Origin: an uncultured Acidimicrobiia bacterium
GTDB lineage: Bacteria; Acidobacteriota; Vicinamibacteria; Vicinamibacterales; SCN-69-37
NCBI GenBank assembly: GCA_966252305.1
Contig: CBINOO010000002.1
Location: 98,862 to 162,861 of the forward strand
Reading direction: 5' to 3'
DNA: 64,000 nucleotides
Position numbers and translations under genes: made by a program. The number at the start of each line of letters is the position of its first letter. Within the stretch, counting starts at the first letter, position 1. This document shows positions 30,736-40,976 of this stretch, piece by piece. Below the pieces are notes generated by a model. It did no database searches. It saw only the letters and a program-made list of their open reading frames with translations, and had not been told where the DNA came from.

Positions 30736-31988
30736 CCAGTCGCGCGCCTTCCGCCACGGTGACCCCGACGTCGTTCGACGTTCAGGGGATTCGTGCGCAG
30801 TTCCCGGCGTTGCATCAGCAGGTCCACGGCAAGCCGCTGGTGTACCTCGACAACGCGGCGACGACGCAGAAGCCGCAGGTGGTCATTGACGCGCTCCGTC
30901 ACTACTACGAGCGTGACAACTCCAACGTCCATCGTGGTGTGCATACGCTGAGTGAGCGGGCGACCGCGGCGTTCGAGGGGGCTCGCAAGGCCGTTCAGCA
31001 GTTCGTGCATGCGCGGTCGGAGCGCGAGATCATCTTCACGCGCAACGCCACCGAGAGCATCAATCTCGTCGCTCGTGCCTGGGGTGACTGGGCGCTCAAG
31101 GCCGGGGATGAAGTGCTCATCACCGCCATCGAGCACCACTCCAATATCGTCCCCTGGCAGATGGCCTGCGCTCGGACGGGCGCGGTGCTGAAGGTTGCGC
31201 CGATTGACGACAACGGCGATGTCCTGATGGACGAGTTTGAGAAACTCGTTACGCCACGCACGAGGATGGTCGCCGTCACGCACCTGTCCAATGCGCTGGG
31301 CACCATCAACCCGGTCGGACAGATGATTGCGTTGGCGCGAAAGGTGGGCGCCACCGTGTTGATCGATGGATCGCAGGCCGCGTACCACATCGCTGTGGAC
31401 GTGCAGTCGCTTGACCCGGACTTCTACGTGTTCACCGGGCACAAGGTGTACGGGCCCACGGGCATTGGCGTGTTGTACGGCCGCGAGTCGATCCTGCAGG
31501 CCATGCCGCCGTTCCTGGGCGGCGGCGACATGATCAGCTCCGTCACGTTCGAGAAGTCGGAGTGGAACGAGCTGCCGTACAAGTTCGAGGCCGGCACGCC
31601 GAACATCGCCGACGCGGTCGTGCTTGGCGTCGCGGTACATTTCATCCAGACCGTCGGGTTCGACGCGATTGGTGCGCACGAAGCGGCACTGCTCGACTAC
31701 GGCACGGCCCGCCTGCAGGAGGTGCCCGGCCTGCGCCTCATCGGCACAGCCCGCCGGAAGGCGAGTGTGTTGTCGTTTGTGCTCGGCGACATCCATCCGC
31801 ACGACATTGGCACCATCGTGGATCGCGAGGGTGTCGCCATTCGCACCGGCCATCACTGCGCGCAGCCGGTGATGGACCGCTTCTGTATCCCCGCCACGGC
31901 CCGGGCGTCGCTGGCGATGTACAACACGACCGAGGAGATCGACGCACTCGTGCGCGCCCTCCATCGGGTGCAGCAGGTATTGGGGTAA
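30732..31988 (+). CDS. sufS: SufS-type cysteine desulfurase
   Basis: Motifs YLDNAATTQKP, EHHSN, GHKVYGPTG, FEAGTP and RTGHHCAQP. Confidence 0.96.
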   Translation: MTSRAPSATVTPTSFDVQGIRAQFPALHQQVHGKPLVYLDNAATTQKPQVVIDALRHYYERDNSNVHRGVHTLSERATAAFEGARKAVQQFVHARSEREIIFTRNATESINLVARAWGDWALKAGDEVLITAIEHHSNIVPWQMACARTGAVLKVAPIDDNGDVLMDEFEKLVTPRTRMVAVTHLSNALGTINPVGQMIALARKVGATVLIDGSQAAYHIAVDVQSLDPDFYVFTGHKVYGPTGIGVLYGRESILQAMPPFLGGGDMISSVTFEKSEWNELPYKFEAGTPNIADAVVLGVAVHFIQTVGFDAIGAHEAALLDYGTARLQEVPGLRLIGTARRKASVLSFVLGDIHPHDIGTIVDREGVAIRTGHHCAQPVMDRFCIPATARASLAMYNTTEEIDALVRALHRVQQVLG

Positions 31989-31992
31989 GCCA

Positions 31993-32517
31993 ATGGGCGT
32001 TTTTTCGTTCCTGTCGGATCTCGTTGCCGAGAAGAAGCCTGAGCCGTCGTCGCCAGAGGCGGTGACCACCCCGCCGCCGGCCGCGGCGCCTCCTCCAGCG
32101 TCCGAAACGCCGTTCACTCCGCCGGCCGCGTGGCAGCCGGAGCCAATGGCGCAGCCGAAGCCCGCCGCGACACCTGACAAGCTGGTGGTGGGGCCACTTG
32201 ATCCGGAAAAGACCGCTGCACTCCAGGGGCCGATCATCGAGGCGATCAAGACGGTGTACGACCCGGAGATTCCCGTCGACATCTACGAGCTGGGCTTGAT
32301 CTACGACATCAATGTTGATGCCGACCGCAACGTCCAGATCAACATGACGCTAACGAGCCCCGCGTGTCCGTCCGCGCAGCAGCTGCCCGCTGATGTTCAT
32401 CGGAAGGTCCGTGCCGTGCCTGACGTCAACGACGTGAAGGTCGACATCGTGTGGGAGCCGATGTGGGGCAAGGAACGCATGTCGGAAGCGGCAAAGCTCG
32501 CGTTGGGGATGTTTTGA
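31993..32517 (+). CDS. DUF59/SufT-like Fe-S maturation protein with a Pro/Ala-rich N-terminal extension
   Basis: Motifs VYDPEIPVDIYELGLIY, MTLTSPACP and VWEP.W...MSE.AKL.LG. Confidence 0.9.
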   Translation: MGVFSFLSDLVAEKKPEPSSPEAVTTPPPAAAPPPASETPFTPPAAWQPEPMAQPKPAATPDKLVVGPLDPEKTAALQGPIIEAIKTVYDPEIPVDIYELGLIYDINVDADRNVQINMTLTSPACPSAQQLPADVHRKVRAVPDVNDVKVDIVWEPMWGKERMSEAAKLALGMF

Positions 32518-32969
32518 TGTCGGATCTGAGCGAGCTCTACCAGGAAGTCATCCTCGACCACAACAAGCGGCCGCGCAACTACGGTCAGCTTCCTGATGCG
32601 ACCCAGTCGGCCAAGGGCCACAACCCTCTCTGCGGCGACAAGCTGACACTGGCCCTGAAGATCGACGGCGATCGTATCGAGAAGGTGGCGTTTGAGGGAT
32701 CCGGCTGCGCGATCTCAAAAGCGTCGGCTTCGCTGATGACCGACGCCGTCAAAGGCCACACGATCGAGGAAGCGACCGCGCTCTTTGACAAATTCCACGC
32801 GATGGTGACGACACCGATTGATCAGCCGGTCGACGATGGGGCCCTCGGAAAACTCGCCGTCCTCTCCGGCGTGCGCGAGTTTCCCGCGCGTGTGAAGTGC
32901 GCATCACTCGCGTGGCACACCCTCAAGGCCGCGCTCAGCAACACCCCCGAACCCGCGAAGACCGAGTAG
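32517..32969 (+). CDS. sufU: SUF-associated NifU-family protein
   Basis: Motifs LYQEVILDH, NPLCGD, GCAIS.AS and RVKCA.L.W. TGATG overlap with the upstream gene. Confidence 0.94.
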   Translation: MSDLSELYQEVILDHNKRPRNYGQLPDATQSAKGHNPLCGDKLTLALKIDGDRIEKVAFEGSGCAISKASASLMTDAVKGHTIEEATALFDKFHAMVTTPIDQPVDDGALGKLAVLSGVREFPARVKCASLAWHTLKAALSNTPEPAKTE

Positions 32970-32973
32970 CGCG

Positions 32974-35900
32974 CTACCTCACGAGAATCGTCGTTGGTCC
33001 GCTGCGTCCGGTGATCTCCGGCGCGTAGAGCGCCTCCGCCAGTGAACCCACAGTCTCGAACGTCCCAGGCGTCATGGCGCGCGCCAGGTACGTGATTTCG
33101 TGTGTGCCGATGGACAGGCGCGTGGCGAATGCCACCACCCGGTCGTCATGTTTCTCGACATGATCGAACCCACCACGCCGCCACCACTGCATCCATGACC
33201 CGCCCGATGACTGCGTAGTTGCCACGCGGGCCTCATCCATGGCCGTGGTCTGGAACGCACCGTCGACAGGATCAAAGCCGGCCGGCACAGCATCGGTGAT
33301 CGCGAGGAATCGTCCCTCGTGCGCCAGTTGCACCCGGAGGACGACCCGCACAAGGTCGCCGAGAGCAAATGTCGTCGCTGGCGTGGTGGACCCATCGTCG
33401 TTCACCCGGACGTACTCACGCGTGATGCGCATTCCTCGCGACGTCGCCACCGGCAGTGTCGACGGCACGTACTGCAGCCTGGTGGTGTAGTAGGCGCGAC
33501 CGGTGCCGGATCGTTCGATCACCAGGGGCGTCGTGTTGCTTGGGCGTCCGAGGCGGTCGAGCGGAAGGGCGAATTCCTTCACGTCTGTCGAGCGTCCTTC
33601 AAATTCCACGGATCCCACACGGCTGCCGCCGAGCTGCGTCGTGACCGTCATGTCCGGTGTCTCTGCCTCGAAACGGTCGGCGTAGGCCACCAGGGCGCGC
33701 AGTGCCACACCGTTATCCTGTGTCGTGTTCCATCGCGCGTCGCGCCGCTGAGCCAACAGCCAGCGTGCCATCGCCGGCGGCAGGTCGCCATCGTCGCCGC
33801 GCCGGGTGAGACCCTCGAGGACGACCGCGGTTGCGCGCACGTTGGAGTGCCAGAGCCAGATCAAGGCGGCTTCGTCGCGCTCTTCGATGAAGGCTCGATC
33901 GGCGTCGATTCTGGTGGCGTTGCGGATGCGCCGCACCACGTCCTGATAACGTCCCGACCGTTCGCCACCTGCCGCGAGTGCGTCGGCCACGTACGACAAC
34001 GCGAACACCGGAATCCGGTCGGCCACCTGGATCAGCGCCGCCAGTTCCTTGGGCCGTTGCCGGCCCCCTTCCGCGAGCACCTTTATCAAATACGCCTGTG
34101 TTGCGGCCCAATTGGGCCACCACTGGATGTCCTTCGGCTGTTCGACGAGGTTCTGCTCCAGATAGCGGTGGGCCCGATTGACGACATCGTCATTCGTGGC
34201 TGCGCCCAGTGAACCGGCAGAGCGCATGACGTCAAGCACGTATGCCGTCAGGTATGGTGACGCGACACACGAGTAGCCGTTGACCATCGCGAAGCCACCG
34301 TTACCGCACTGAAACTGACGCAGGCTCTCCAGCGATGCGACGCCGGCAGCCCGCACGGCAGCAGGGTCGTCGCCCGCCATCGCGAAGACATTTCCGAGTC
34401 TGGCCGACAGAAGTTGCACCAGCGCCCGCGAGGCAACCGGCTCCGCGCAGTTGTAGGGGTATGTATCGAGGTACAGCGCACTGCCGCCAAGCCCCACCAG
34501 CGCTGTCGATGCCAGACTGATCGTGAGTCCGCCTCGTCCCGGCAAGGCATCGGAAGGCATTCGGAGGACTTCACGACCCCCCGTGCCAGTGTCGCCGTAC
34601 GCCGCGACCGTTACGGGGGCTACGGGGAGGTGAACTGGTACCGGCATCTCAAAGGCGTCAGTCTCCGCTCCAAGTCGCACTCGAATGCGGAGGCGGGCAG
34701 CGCCCGCGTCACGCGCTCGTACATCGAATCGCACCGGCACCGACGCGCCGGGATCCACCCTCACGGTGTGGGTCGTAGCGCCTTCGATGGTCACGACGCC
34801 GTAGCCGATCGAGGCGATTGTGACCTCCGCCGTCCCTGCGACGCCCGTGCTGTTCGTGACCACGGCTCCGAGGGAGGCGCGATTGGCGACAGCAAGGAAG
34901 CGGGGAAAAACCGGGACGAGCGTCAGCGGCTTGCTGGCGACAATCTCGGTATCGCCGGAGCCGAAGTGCGAGTCTGGCGTGCCGGCGACGGCCATGATCC
35001 GGTACGTCGTCAGCGAATCGGGAAGAGTCGCCTTCGTCTGTGCTTTCCCGATCTCGTCCGTGGTGAGCGAGCCGACCCAGAACGCGATTGGCCTGAAGTC
35101 GGAACGGACGTCGGCGTCGGCCGCCTCGGTCTCTGAAGCGACTGCAGGCAGCGTTGAGACGACGGTGGCCGCGGCGCGGACGGTGAAGCTTTCGGCCATA
35201 CCGGTGAAGGCAGGCGGCGGCGGTGGAGCCGGCGCGGGAATTCCTCCTACTACGCCACCCCCGCCTCCGCCACCACGTCCTGCCTGTCCACCGGACGTCA
35301 GTGGCAAACGCTCGATCAGCCGCTCTCGAAGGTCAGTCGTCAACACCGCGAGCGGCTTGTCCCGGTAGATCTGTCTCACGACGTCCGGCACCGTGTATCC
35401 CGTGAGCGACAGCAGCCCGTGGTCGACCGCCCAGAGGGACACTTCTCCAGACCGCGGCCGGCCATCGGCGCCCTGGACCTCGACCGACACGTTCACAGGA
35501 TCGGCGGGCCTATACGCATCGCGGTCCGCGCGCACATTCACCTTCAGGCGCTTTTCCGCATCGTCGACGCTCAACATCGCGTAGCCGATGCGGTAGTCCG
35601 GACGTCCTGGATCGAGCTCAGTCGCCGACGGTGAACCTGATGTCCGGCCCTTCACGAGGAGGACGGAGACGAACACGTTCGGGATATCCGCGGAGGTCAC
35701 CGGCACCGTGACGGTGTCCTGCGTGGATCGAATCTCGACCTGTTTGTAACTGCGGACGCCTTCGCGCTCGGTGGTGACCAGCGCGCGGGCTTCAGGCCAC
35801 GGTGACTGCACGAGGATGCGGGCCTGTTCTCCAGGTGTCCACGTCGTCTTTTCTGGAATGAGATCGATGTCGCGACCCTGCGATCTCCACCGTGCCGGCC

Positions 35901-38730
35901 CTCCACCATAGGCGTAAAACGCCACGTCGGTTCTCGTGGAGCGTCCTTCTGCGTCGGGAGCCGTGGCTCGAAGGATGAAGCGGCCGCCACCTGGAAGGTG
36001 GAGTTCGACGGGGATACGGCCTGCGGTCGTGGTCACCCGCCAGTCACGAATTGGCGTTTCCACGCGACGCCACTGAAATCCGTTCGGGACCTGCTGTTCC
36101 CAGTCCTCGCGCAGCAGTTGCACGCGTACGTCGACGCCGGCTCTCGGTGTGCCGTCAAGCGCGGCAGCGATCACGTGAGTGGTCAACGGCCGTGTGGCGT
36201 CCACAAACGCCGCCGGTCGTGACAATCCGATGTAGAAGGTGGCCGGATGCCAGGGCACTGTGATGCGGTTGGCGATGACCTGGCCTGAGGTGTTTTCGAC
36301 GCTGCCCTCGACCGTGATCTCGGTGCCGCTGTCGTCAAGGTCGGTGATGAGGACGTCCACAGGTAACGTGCCGTCCGGAGCGAGACGGCCCTGCGTGCGA
36401 CGGACCTCGGAGTTGATATGTCCTTGTTCTTCCGGCGGCTTCGTGTAGCCAAAGGCGTAGTCGGCTTCGGGAAACCGCTCGGTGATGGCAGATGGCACGA
36501 CGCGGACTGGCCATCGTCGAACCGTCCATCGAACCGGACGATCTCCAACTGCGGCGCCGAACAGGTACTTCGCGTCGATACGCGCTCGAAGTGTGCGACC
36601 GAGCAGCGGCTCGGGTGATTCGTCCGTTACATCCACACGGAAGTCGGGGCGGCGGAAGGCCGCAACCAGAAATCGTGTGTCTACACTCGGGCGGTATTGC
36701 TGCGCTGGACCGGCTGACGCCGGCTCGCTGACGGCAATGCGGTAGGTGCCCAGCGACCCTCCCGCCGGTAGACGCGGCGTCCACTCAACGCTGCTCCAGC
36801 GATTTACCGTCAACATCTGTGTAGCGACCTGCTGACCTCGCGCGTCCCACAAGGTGGCCCGCATCCGGGTGCCCGTGGGCACCGCGACATGACCGGTGGC
36901 CGTGTCCATGCGCACCATGGCCTTGAACTGGACGACGTCTCCCTGCTGGTACACGCCTCTGTCCGTCCACAGCGCGCCACGAAAGTAGGCGGGGCGCGCG
37001 TCGGTGCCGCTCGCGAAGCCCGCGCCAGGAACCCGCCGCCAAGGCGTCCAGTCCGAAGCCAGCCACGCGACATCGTTGTCCTTCTCCGCCGTGATGAGCC
37101 AGTACGGACCCCCGGGGCGGCCCCCCGGCATGCCAGGCAGCGCCGCCGCCTGCACGACACCATCCTCACCGGTGGTCGCGCGCCAGACGACCACGTTGTT
37201 GACGTTGCGGGCGGTGATGTTCGCACCACTCACCGGCTCTGCGGTGTCAAGACGTGTCACCAGCACCATCGTTCCGAGCGGGCCGTGCTTCGCGGTCAGT
37301 CCGAGATTCGTGACCTGGACCAGGCGGTCGACTGGTCCGTTCAGGGAACGGGAGTCCGGAGTGTTCGACTGAATGCCGGCCGCGTGGAGGCGAATCCACG
37401 CCAGGCCGGTGGAATTCCCATCAAAGACGTTGGTGAGATCGAGACCGACAGTCTCGTCGGCATTTGGCACTTCTGGCAGCGTTCGCGTCCGAAGTGGGGC
37501 AGAAGGAGGCGGGGCGGAGCGCCCCATGCTGAGCGCCGAGAGCCTCGGCATGATGTGCTCGGGTGACAGGCGCGCCACGCGCTCGTCCACGCGAATGACG
37601 TTGCGCGAGAGATACGGCACGGTCGTGCCCGCACTTGATTCCCAGACCTGTCCGTTCATGCCGAGGTACGGCAAGGCATTGCTCGCGACAGAGGTGGAGG
37701 TGAAGGCGTTGCCCAGGCGCTGCCCATCCGAGGATGTGAGGGTCGGATCGATTTCGATCTTCCACGCTGATGCCGGCGGCTGCGGGGGGAGGCCGAGGTC
37801 CGACGTGGAGAAGTACTCAGAGGGGTAACTCCGTTGGATGATGTCCTCGGGCACCGACGAGCTGTGCGTTACTGTGACGGGCGCATCGGGGTTCGTGACG
37901 TCAGTAACGCGAATGGCATCGCGCAGGGCCGTGCGCAAGACCGGCCGCGTGAGTTGGATCGGCAGGTTGCCGCCGCTGCATCGACTGTCGTTGTCGCACC
38001 CGGCCCGACGCACGGCGAAGACCGGCTCCAGTGTGACCTGCGCCGACTGTGCCTGGTGGCCCACGGCGCCTTCCGCGCCGGTCAGTCCCTCGCGAAGGGT
38101 GAGCGTGAGTGTCGTTCCTGCCGGCGGGGCCGAGGTCGATTCGACAATGACGGCAGAGTTGTCTTTCGGGAATTGCTGTTCATCCCATGACTCAGCGAGG
38201 CGAAAGACCGTTGAACTCGCATTCAGGCTCGCTAGCGTCCGTTGAGGATCCATCGGCTGGTTGAATTGCAGCCGCAGCACGACGGGTTCGGTGACCATGC
38301 CTTCCCGCCGGTACCACCGCGTGCTGAGCAACTGTGCTGTTGGCGTGGTGAAGTCGAAGCGGAAGTTCCGTCCCAGCGAACGGCCGCGCACGTCCTGTGC
38401 GGACGCAGCGACGATGACGCTGACCTTCGTGCCGTACTCGAAGCCTTCAGGGTTGGCCGGAGACAGAATCAGTGAGCGCGAGCCCGACCAGTACGCATTC
38501 AGCGGGATAAGCGGCTCGGTCGAGATCCAGGACGGCACTGCTGTGTCTGGCTCGCCCAACTCCACCATCGGCGCTGAGAATGTGATGCGGATTTCATTCG
38601 CATCCGCCAGGGTCGTCAGCGCGCCGGACGGGAACGCTGAACGGACCGACAGACCCGTTTCCTGAGAAACACCGCCTGCTGCCTGGCCGAGACATGCGAC
38701 CAGGGCGAGTCCAACAAGAAGTCGCCGCAT
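32974..38730 (-). CDS. Bacterial alpha-2-macroglobulin family protein
   Basis: About 1900 aa with a signal peptide and N-terminal Ig-like domains. Motifs TDRGVY..GD.V, VDHGLLSLTG, LPDSLTTYR, PRFL, YPYNCAEP, W.TTQDN and DAVPAGF. Confidence 0.9.
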   Translation of the reverse strand: MRRLLVGLALVACLGQAAGGVSQETGLSVRSAFPSGALTTLADANEIRITFSAPMVELGEPDTAVPSWISTEPLIPLNAYWSGSRSLILSPANPEGFEYGTKVSVIVAASAQDVRGRSLGRNFRFDFTTPTAQLLSTRWYRREGMVTEPVVLRLQFNQPMDPQRTLASLNASSTVFRLAESWDEQQFPKDNSAVIVESTSAPPAGTTLTLTLREGLTGAEGAVGHQAQSAQVTLEPVFAVRRAGCDNDSRCSGGNLPIQLTRPVLRTALRDAIRVTDVTNPDAPVTVTHSSSVPEDIIQRSYPSEYFSTSDLGLPPQPPASAWKIEIDPTLTSSDGQRLGNAFTSTSVASNALPYLGMNGQVWESSAGTTVPYLSRNVIRVDERVARLSPEHIMPRLSALSMGRSAPPPSAPLRTRTLPEVPNADETVGLDLTNVFDGNSTGLAWIRLHAAGIQSNTPDSRSLNGPVDRLVQVTNLGLTAKHGPLGTMVLVTRLDTAEPVSGANITARNVNNVVVWRATTGEDGVVQAAALPGMPGGRPGGPYWLITAEKDNDVAWLASDWTPWRRVPGAGFASGTDARPAYFRGALWTDRGVYQQGDVVQFKAMVRMDTATGHVAVPTGTRMRATLWDARGQQVATQMLTVNRWSSVEWTPRLPAGGSLGTYRIAVSEPASAGPAQQYRPSVDTRFLVAAFRRPDFRVDVTDESPEPLLGRTLRARIDAKYLFGAAVGDRPVRWTVRRWPVRVVPSAITERFPEADYAFGYTKPPEEQGHINSEVRRTQGRLAPDGTLPVDVLITDLDDSGTEITVEGSVENTSGQVIANRITVPWHPATFYIGLSRPAAFVDATRPLTTHVIAAALDGTPRAGVDVRVQLLREDWEQQVPNGFQWRRVETPIRDWRVTTTAGRIPVELHLPGGGRFILRATAPDAEGRSTRTDVAFYAYGGGPARWRSQGRDIDLIPEKTTWTPGEQARILVQSPWPEARALVTTEREGVRSYKQVEIRSTQDTVTVPVTSADIPNVFVSVLLVKGRTSGSPSATELDPGRPDYRIGYAMLSVDDAEKRLKVNVRADRDAYRPADPVNVSVEVQGADGRPRSGEVSLWAVDHGLLSLTGYTVPDVVRQIYRDKPLAVLTTDLRERLIERLPLTSGGQAGRGGGGGGGVVGGIPAPAPPPPPAFTGMAESFTVRAAATVVSTLPAVASETEAADADVRSDFRPIAFWVGSLTTDEIGKAQTKATLPDSLTTYRIMAVAGTPDSHFGSGDTEIVASKPLTLVPVFPRFLAVANRASLGAVVTNSTGVAGTAEVTIASIGYGVVTIEGATTHTVRVDPGASVPVRFDVRARDAGAARLRIRVRLGAETDAFEMPVPVHLPVAPVTVAAYGDTGTGGREVLRMPSDALPGRGGLTISLASTALVGLGGSALYLDTYPYNCAEPVASRALVQLLSARLGNVFAMAGDDPAAVRAAGVASLESLRQFQCGNGGFAMVNGYSCVASPYLTAYVLDVMRSAGSLGAATNDDVVNRAHRYLEQNLVEQPKDIQWWPNWAATQAYLIKVLAEGGRQRPKELAALIQVADRIPVFALSYVADALAAGGERSGRYQDVVRRIRNATRIDADRAFIEERDEAALIWLWHSNVRATAVVLEGLTRRGDDGDLPPAMARWLLAQRRDARWNTTQDNGVALRALVAYADRFEAETPDMTVTTQLGGSRVGSVEFEGRSTDVKEFALPLDRLGRPSNTTPLVIERSGTGRAYYTTRLQYVPSTLPVATSRGMRITREYVRVNDDGSTTPATTFALGDLVRVVLRVQLAHEGRFLAITDAVPAGFDPVDGAFQTTAMDEARVATTQSSGGSWMQWWRRGGFDHVEKHDDRVVAFATRLSIGTHEITYLARAMTPGTFETVGSLAEALYAPEITGRSGPTTILVR

Positions 38731-38775
38731 GGCCAATTAGACACCGGCGAGGCTAGGCGGGTCTGGGCCGAGCGT

Positions 38776-39063
38776 GTGCGCTCGATCAGGCCATATACCG
38801 AGTCAGACCACCCAGCTCAAACGACGCTTGCCCTTGACGCATGGGCAGGGTCAGGCCTGAACATGTCCCCGATGGCTTCTGCGCCGCGGGCCCAGGCGCT
38901 GGCGGAGCGCTGGATTGGTCTGCTCGGCCGTGTGATGGGCGGCCCAGTCGACCGAAAGATGGTACGCGCAGGCGCTGCGGGGCCGGCCAGCAGTCAGTGG
39001 GGGCCGAGCGAGGCCGACAAGCCTGTGTGGGAGTTCATGCAGAGGGCTTTGGCGCAGGAATAG
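38776..39063 (+). pseudogene. Possible remnant of a MerR/TipAS-like C-terminal domain, or a small hypothetical ORF
   Basis: APRAQALAERWIGLL...VWEFMQRAL resembles TipAS-type C-termini. No HTH domain upstream. Confidence 0.35.
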
Positions 39064-39164
39064 GGACTGGCGACCAGCGCCGGGCATCAGCCGCAGCGGC
39101 GGTCATTCTGTCACGCGCTGCGGTCAGCTGCATGCCCAGTTGGGCAGCTTGCGGGTCAGCCGCA

Positions 39165-40976
39165 CTATTGCCGCCTCTCGTACACAACCCGCCCGCCCAC
39201 GAGCGTCATCACCACCTTGGCCTTGAGCAGGTCGGCAGGCCTGCTCTTTCCGACCGCAATCAGGTCAGTGTCGAACACCGCGATGTCAGCCAGCTTGCTG
39301 ACCGTCAGCGTGCCCTTGATGGCCTCTTCAAACGACGCCCAGGCCGGAGCCTTCGTGTACGCCTCGATCGCTTCCTCGATCGTCAGCCGTTGATCAGGGA
39401 ACCATCCGTCCTTCGGTTCGCCGGTCAGCGTCTGTCTGGTGACCGCGGCATAGAGCCCATAGACCGGATTCAGGAAGTAGCGCGCCGCGTTGGTGCCCGG
39501 GGAATCGCTGCCGAAGATCAACACCGCGCCCGCGTCCTTGAGCTTCCGGAACGCGTAGGCCCCTTCCGACCGACGCCGTCCGATGCGTTCTTCCATCCAC
39601 CGCATGTCGTCCGACACGTGATACGGGTTGATTTCCGCGACGAGCTTCAGCTGGCCGAACCTCGGAAAGTCCTCGGGGTACACCACCTGGGCGTGAATCA
39701 CGCGCCACCGGTGGTCCTTGTCGACAAGCTGGTGCTGTGTGAGCAGCTTTTCGTAGATGTCGAGGATGATGCGATTCCCCTTGTCGCCGATCGCATGGAT
39801 GTGCGGGGGCAGGCCAGTGGGGATCGCTTGTTCAATCAGCTTCTCCATGTTGCCGGGAGGAAAGTCCGTGTACCGCTGCGCGGGCGTCAGCTCCATCGCC
39901 GCGCCGTCCGCGCCCTCGGGGCGCATGATCGGACGCAAGAGCCCCTTGTTGGTCGGCTGGTGATCGTACGGCTCGAAGAACATCGCGCCGCTGCTGCCCA
40001 TGATGCCGTCCACCCATGCCTTGTAGCCGACGTACCGCAGCCAGTCGTCGCCAAAGCCCTGGGAGATCCCGAGCGCCGTGGTGGCAGGCACCTGGTCAAG
40101 CGTCGGCCTCAGGTTGATGCGCGCGGTGAGTTCTCCGCGGCGCTTGAGCGCCTGATACGCCTGCAGCTGCGGCGCCGTCGTCAAGTCCTGAATCGTCGTC
40201 ACACCACCTTCACGCGCCTCCTGCAGGACCATGCGCACCTGAGCCAGCCGCTGCTCAAACGGAATCGGCGGGATGACTTTACGCACCATCGCGGCGGCCG
40301 TGCCGGTGAGGATGCCGGTCAGTCGGCCAGACGCGTCCTTCCGGATTTCACCCCCCACCGGCTGCGGAGTTGTCTCGTCGATACCGGCCAGCGTCAGCGC
40401 GAGGGTGTTGGCCAACGACTCGCTCCCGTCAAAGCGATTGACGAGCACGGGATGTTCAGGAGTCACGGCATCGATGAGATCGCGATGCGGTGTGAACCGG
40501 GACTGGCTGCCACTGGCCGCACCCTGAGGTTTCTCGCCGGCGCTTCCCGACCCCCACTGTTCGTACGCGCCCCATTCACCGCGCGTGATCCAGCTCCCCT
40601 TTGGCATACGGGCTGCAGCGCCGGCAATCCGTTCGGTGAAGAGTGCCGGCACGTGCACGTCGAGCAGATTCACGCCGAGCAGCAACGCGCCGGTGCTCTC
40701 CACGTGGACGTGCGCATCGTTGAAGCCCGGCAGCGCGAAACGTCCACCCAGGTCGATGACCCGCGCGCCCTGGCCCACGGCCGCGCGCGCCTCCTGTGCA
40801 GAGCCGACGGCAACGATGCGGTCGCCGCGGATGGCGATCGCCTCGGCCCAGGGGCGGGCGGCGTCCAGCGTATACACGCGTCCGTTCGTCAGGAGCAACT
40901 CCGGTGTCTGTTGCGCCGCCACTGCCGTCACGAGGCCCAGCAGGGCCACAGCTGTCATCGTGTAGGGCTTCATCAC
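39165..40976 (-). CDS. Exported amidohydrolase 3 (YtcJ-like)
   Basis: Signal peptide. Motifs PGFNDAHVH, K.WVDG, HAIGD, RVIHAQ, FGSD and KLADIAV. Confidence 0.9.
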   Translation of the reverse strand: MMKPYTMTAVALLGLVTAVAAQQTPELLLTNGRVYTLDAARPWAEAIAIRGDRIVAVGSAQEARAAVGQGARVIDLGGRFALPGFNDAHVHVESTGALLLGVNLLDVHVPALFTERIAGAAARMPKGSWITRGEWGAYEQWGSGSAGEKPQGAASGSQSRFTPHRDLIDAVTPEHPVLVNRFDGSESLANTLALTLAGIDETTPQPVGGEIRKDASGRLTGILTGTAAAMVRKVIPPIPFEQRLAQVRMVLQEAREGGVTTIQDLTTAPQLQAYQALKRRGELTARINLRPTLDQVPATTALGISQGFGDDWLRYVGYKAWVDGIMGSSGAMFFEPYDHQPTNKGLLRPIMRPEGADGAAMELTPAQRYTDFPPGNMEKLIEQAIPTGLPPHIHAIGDKGNRIILDIYEKLLTQHQLVDKDHRWRVIHAQVVYPEDFPRFGQLKLVAEINPYHVSDDMRWMEERIGRRRSEGAYAFRKLKDAGAVLIFGSDSPGTNAARYFLNPVYGLYAAVTRQTLTGEPKDGWFPDQRLTIEEAIEAYTKAPAWASFEEAIKGTLTVSKLADIAVFDTDLIAVGKSRPADLLKAKVVMTLVGGRVVYERRQ

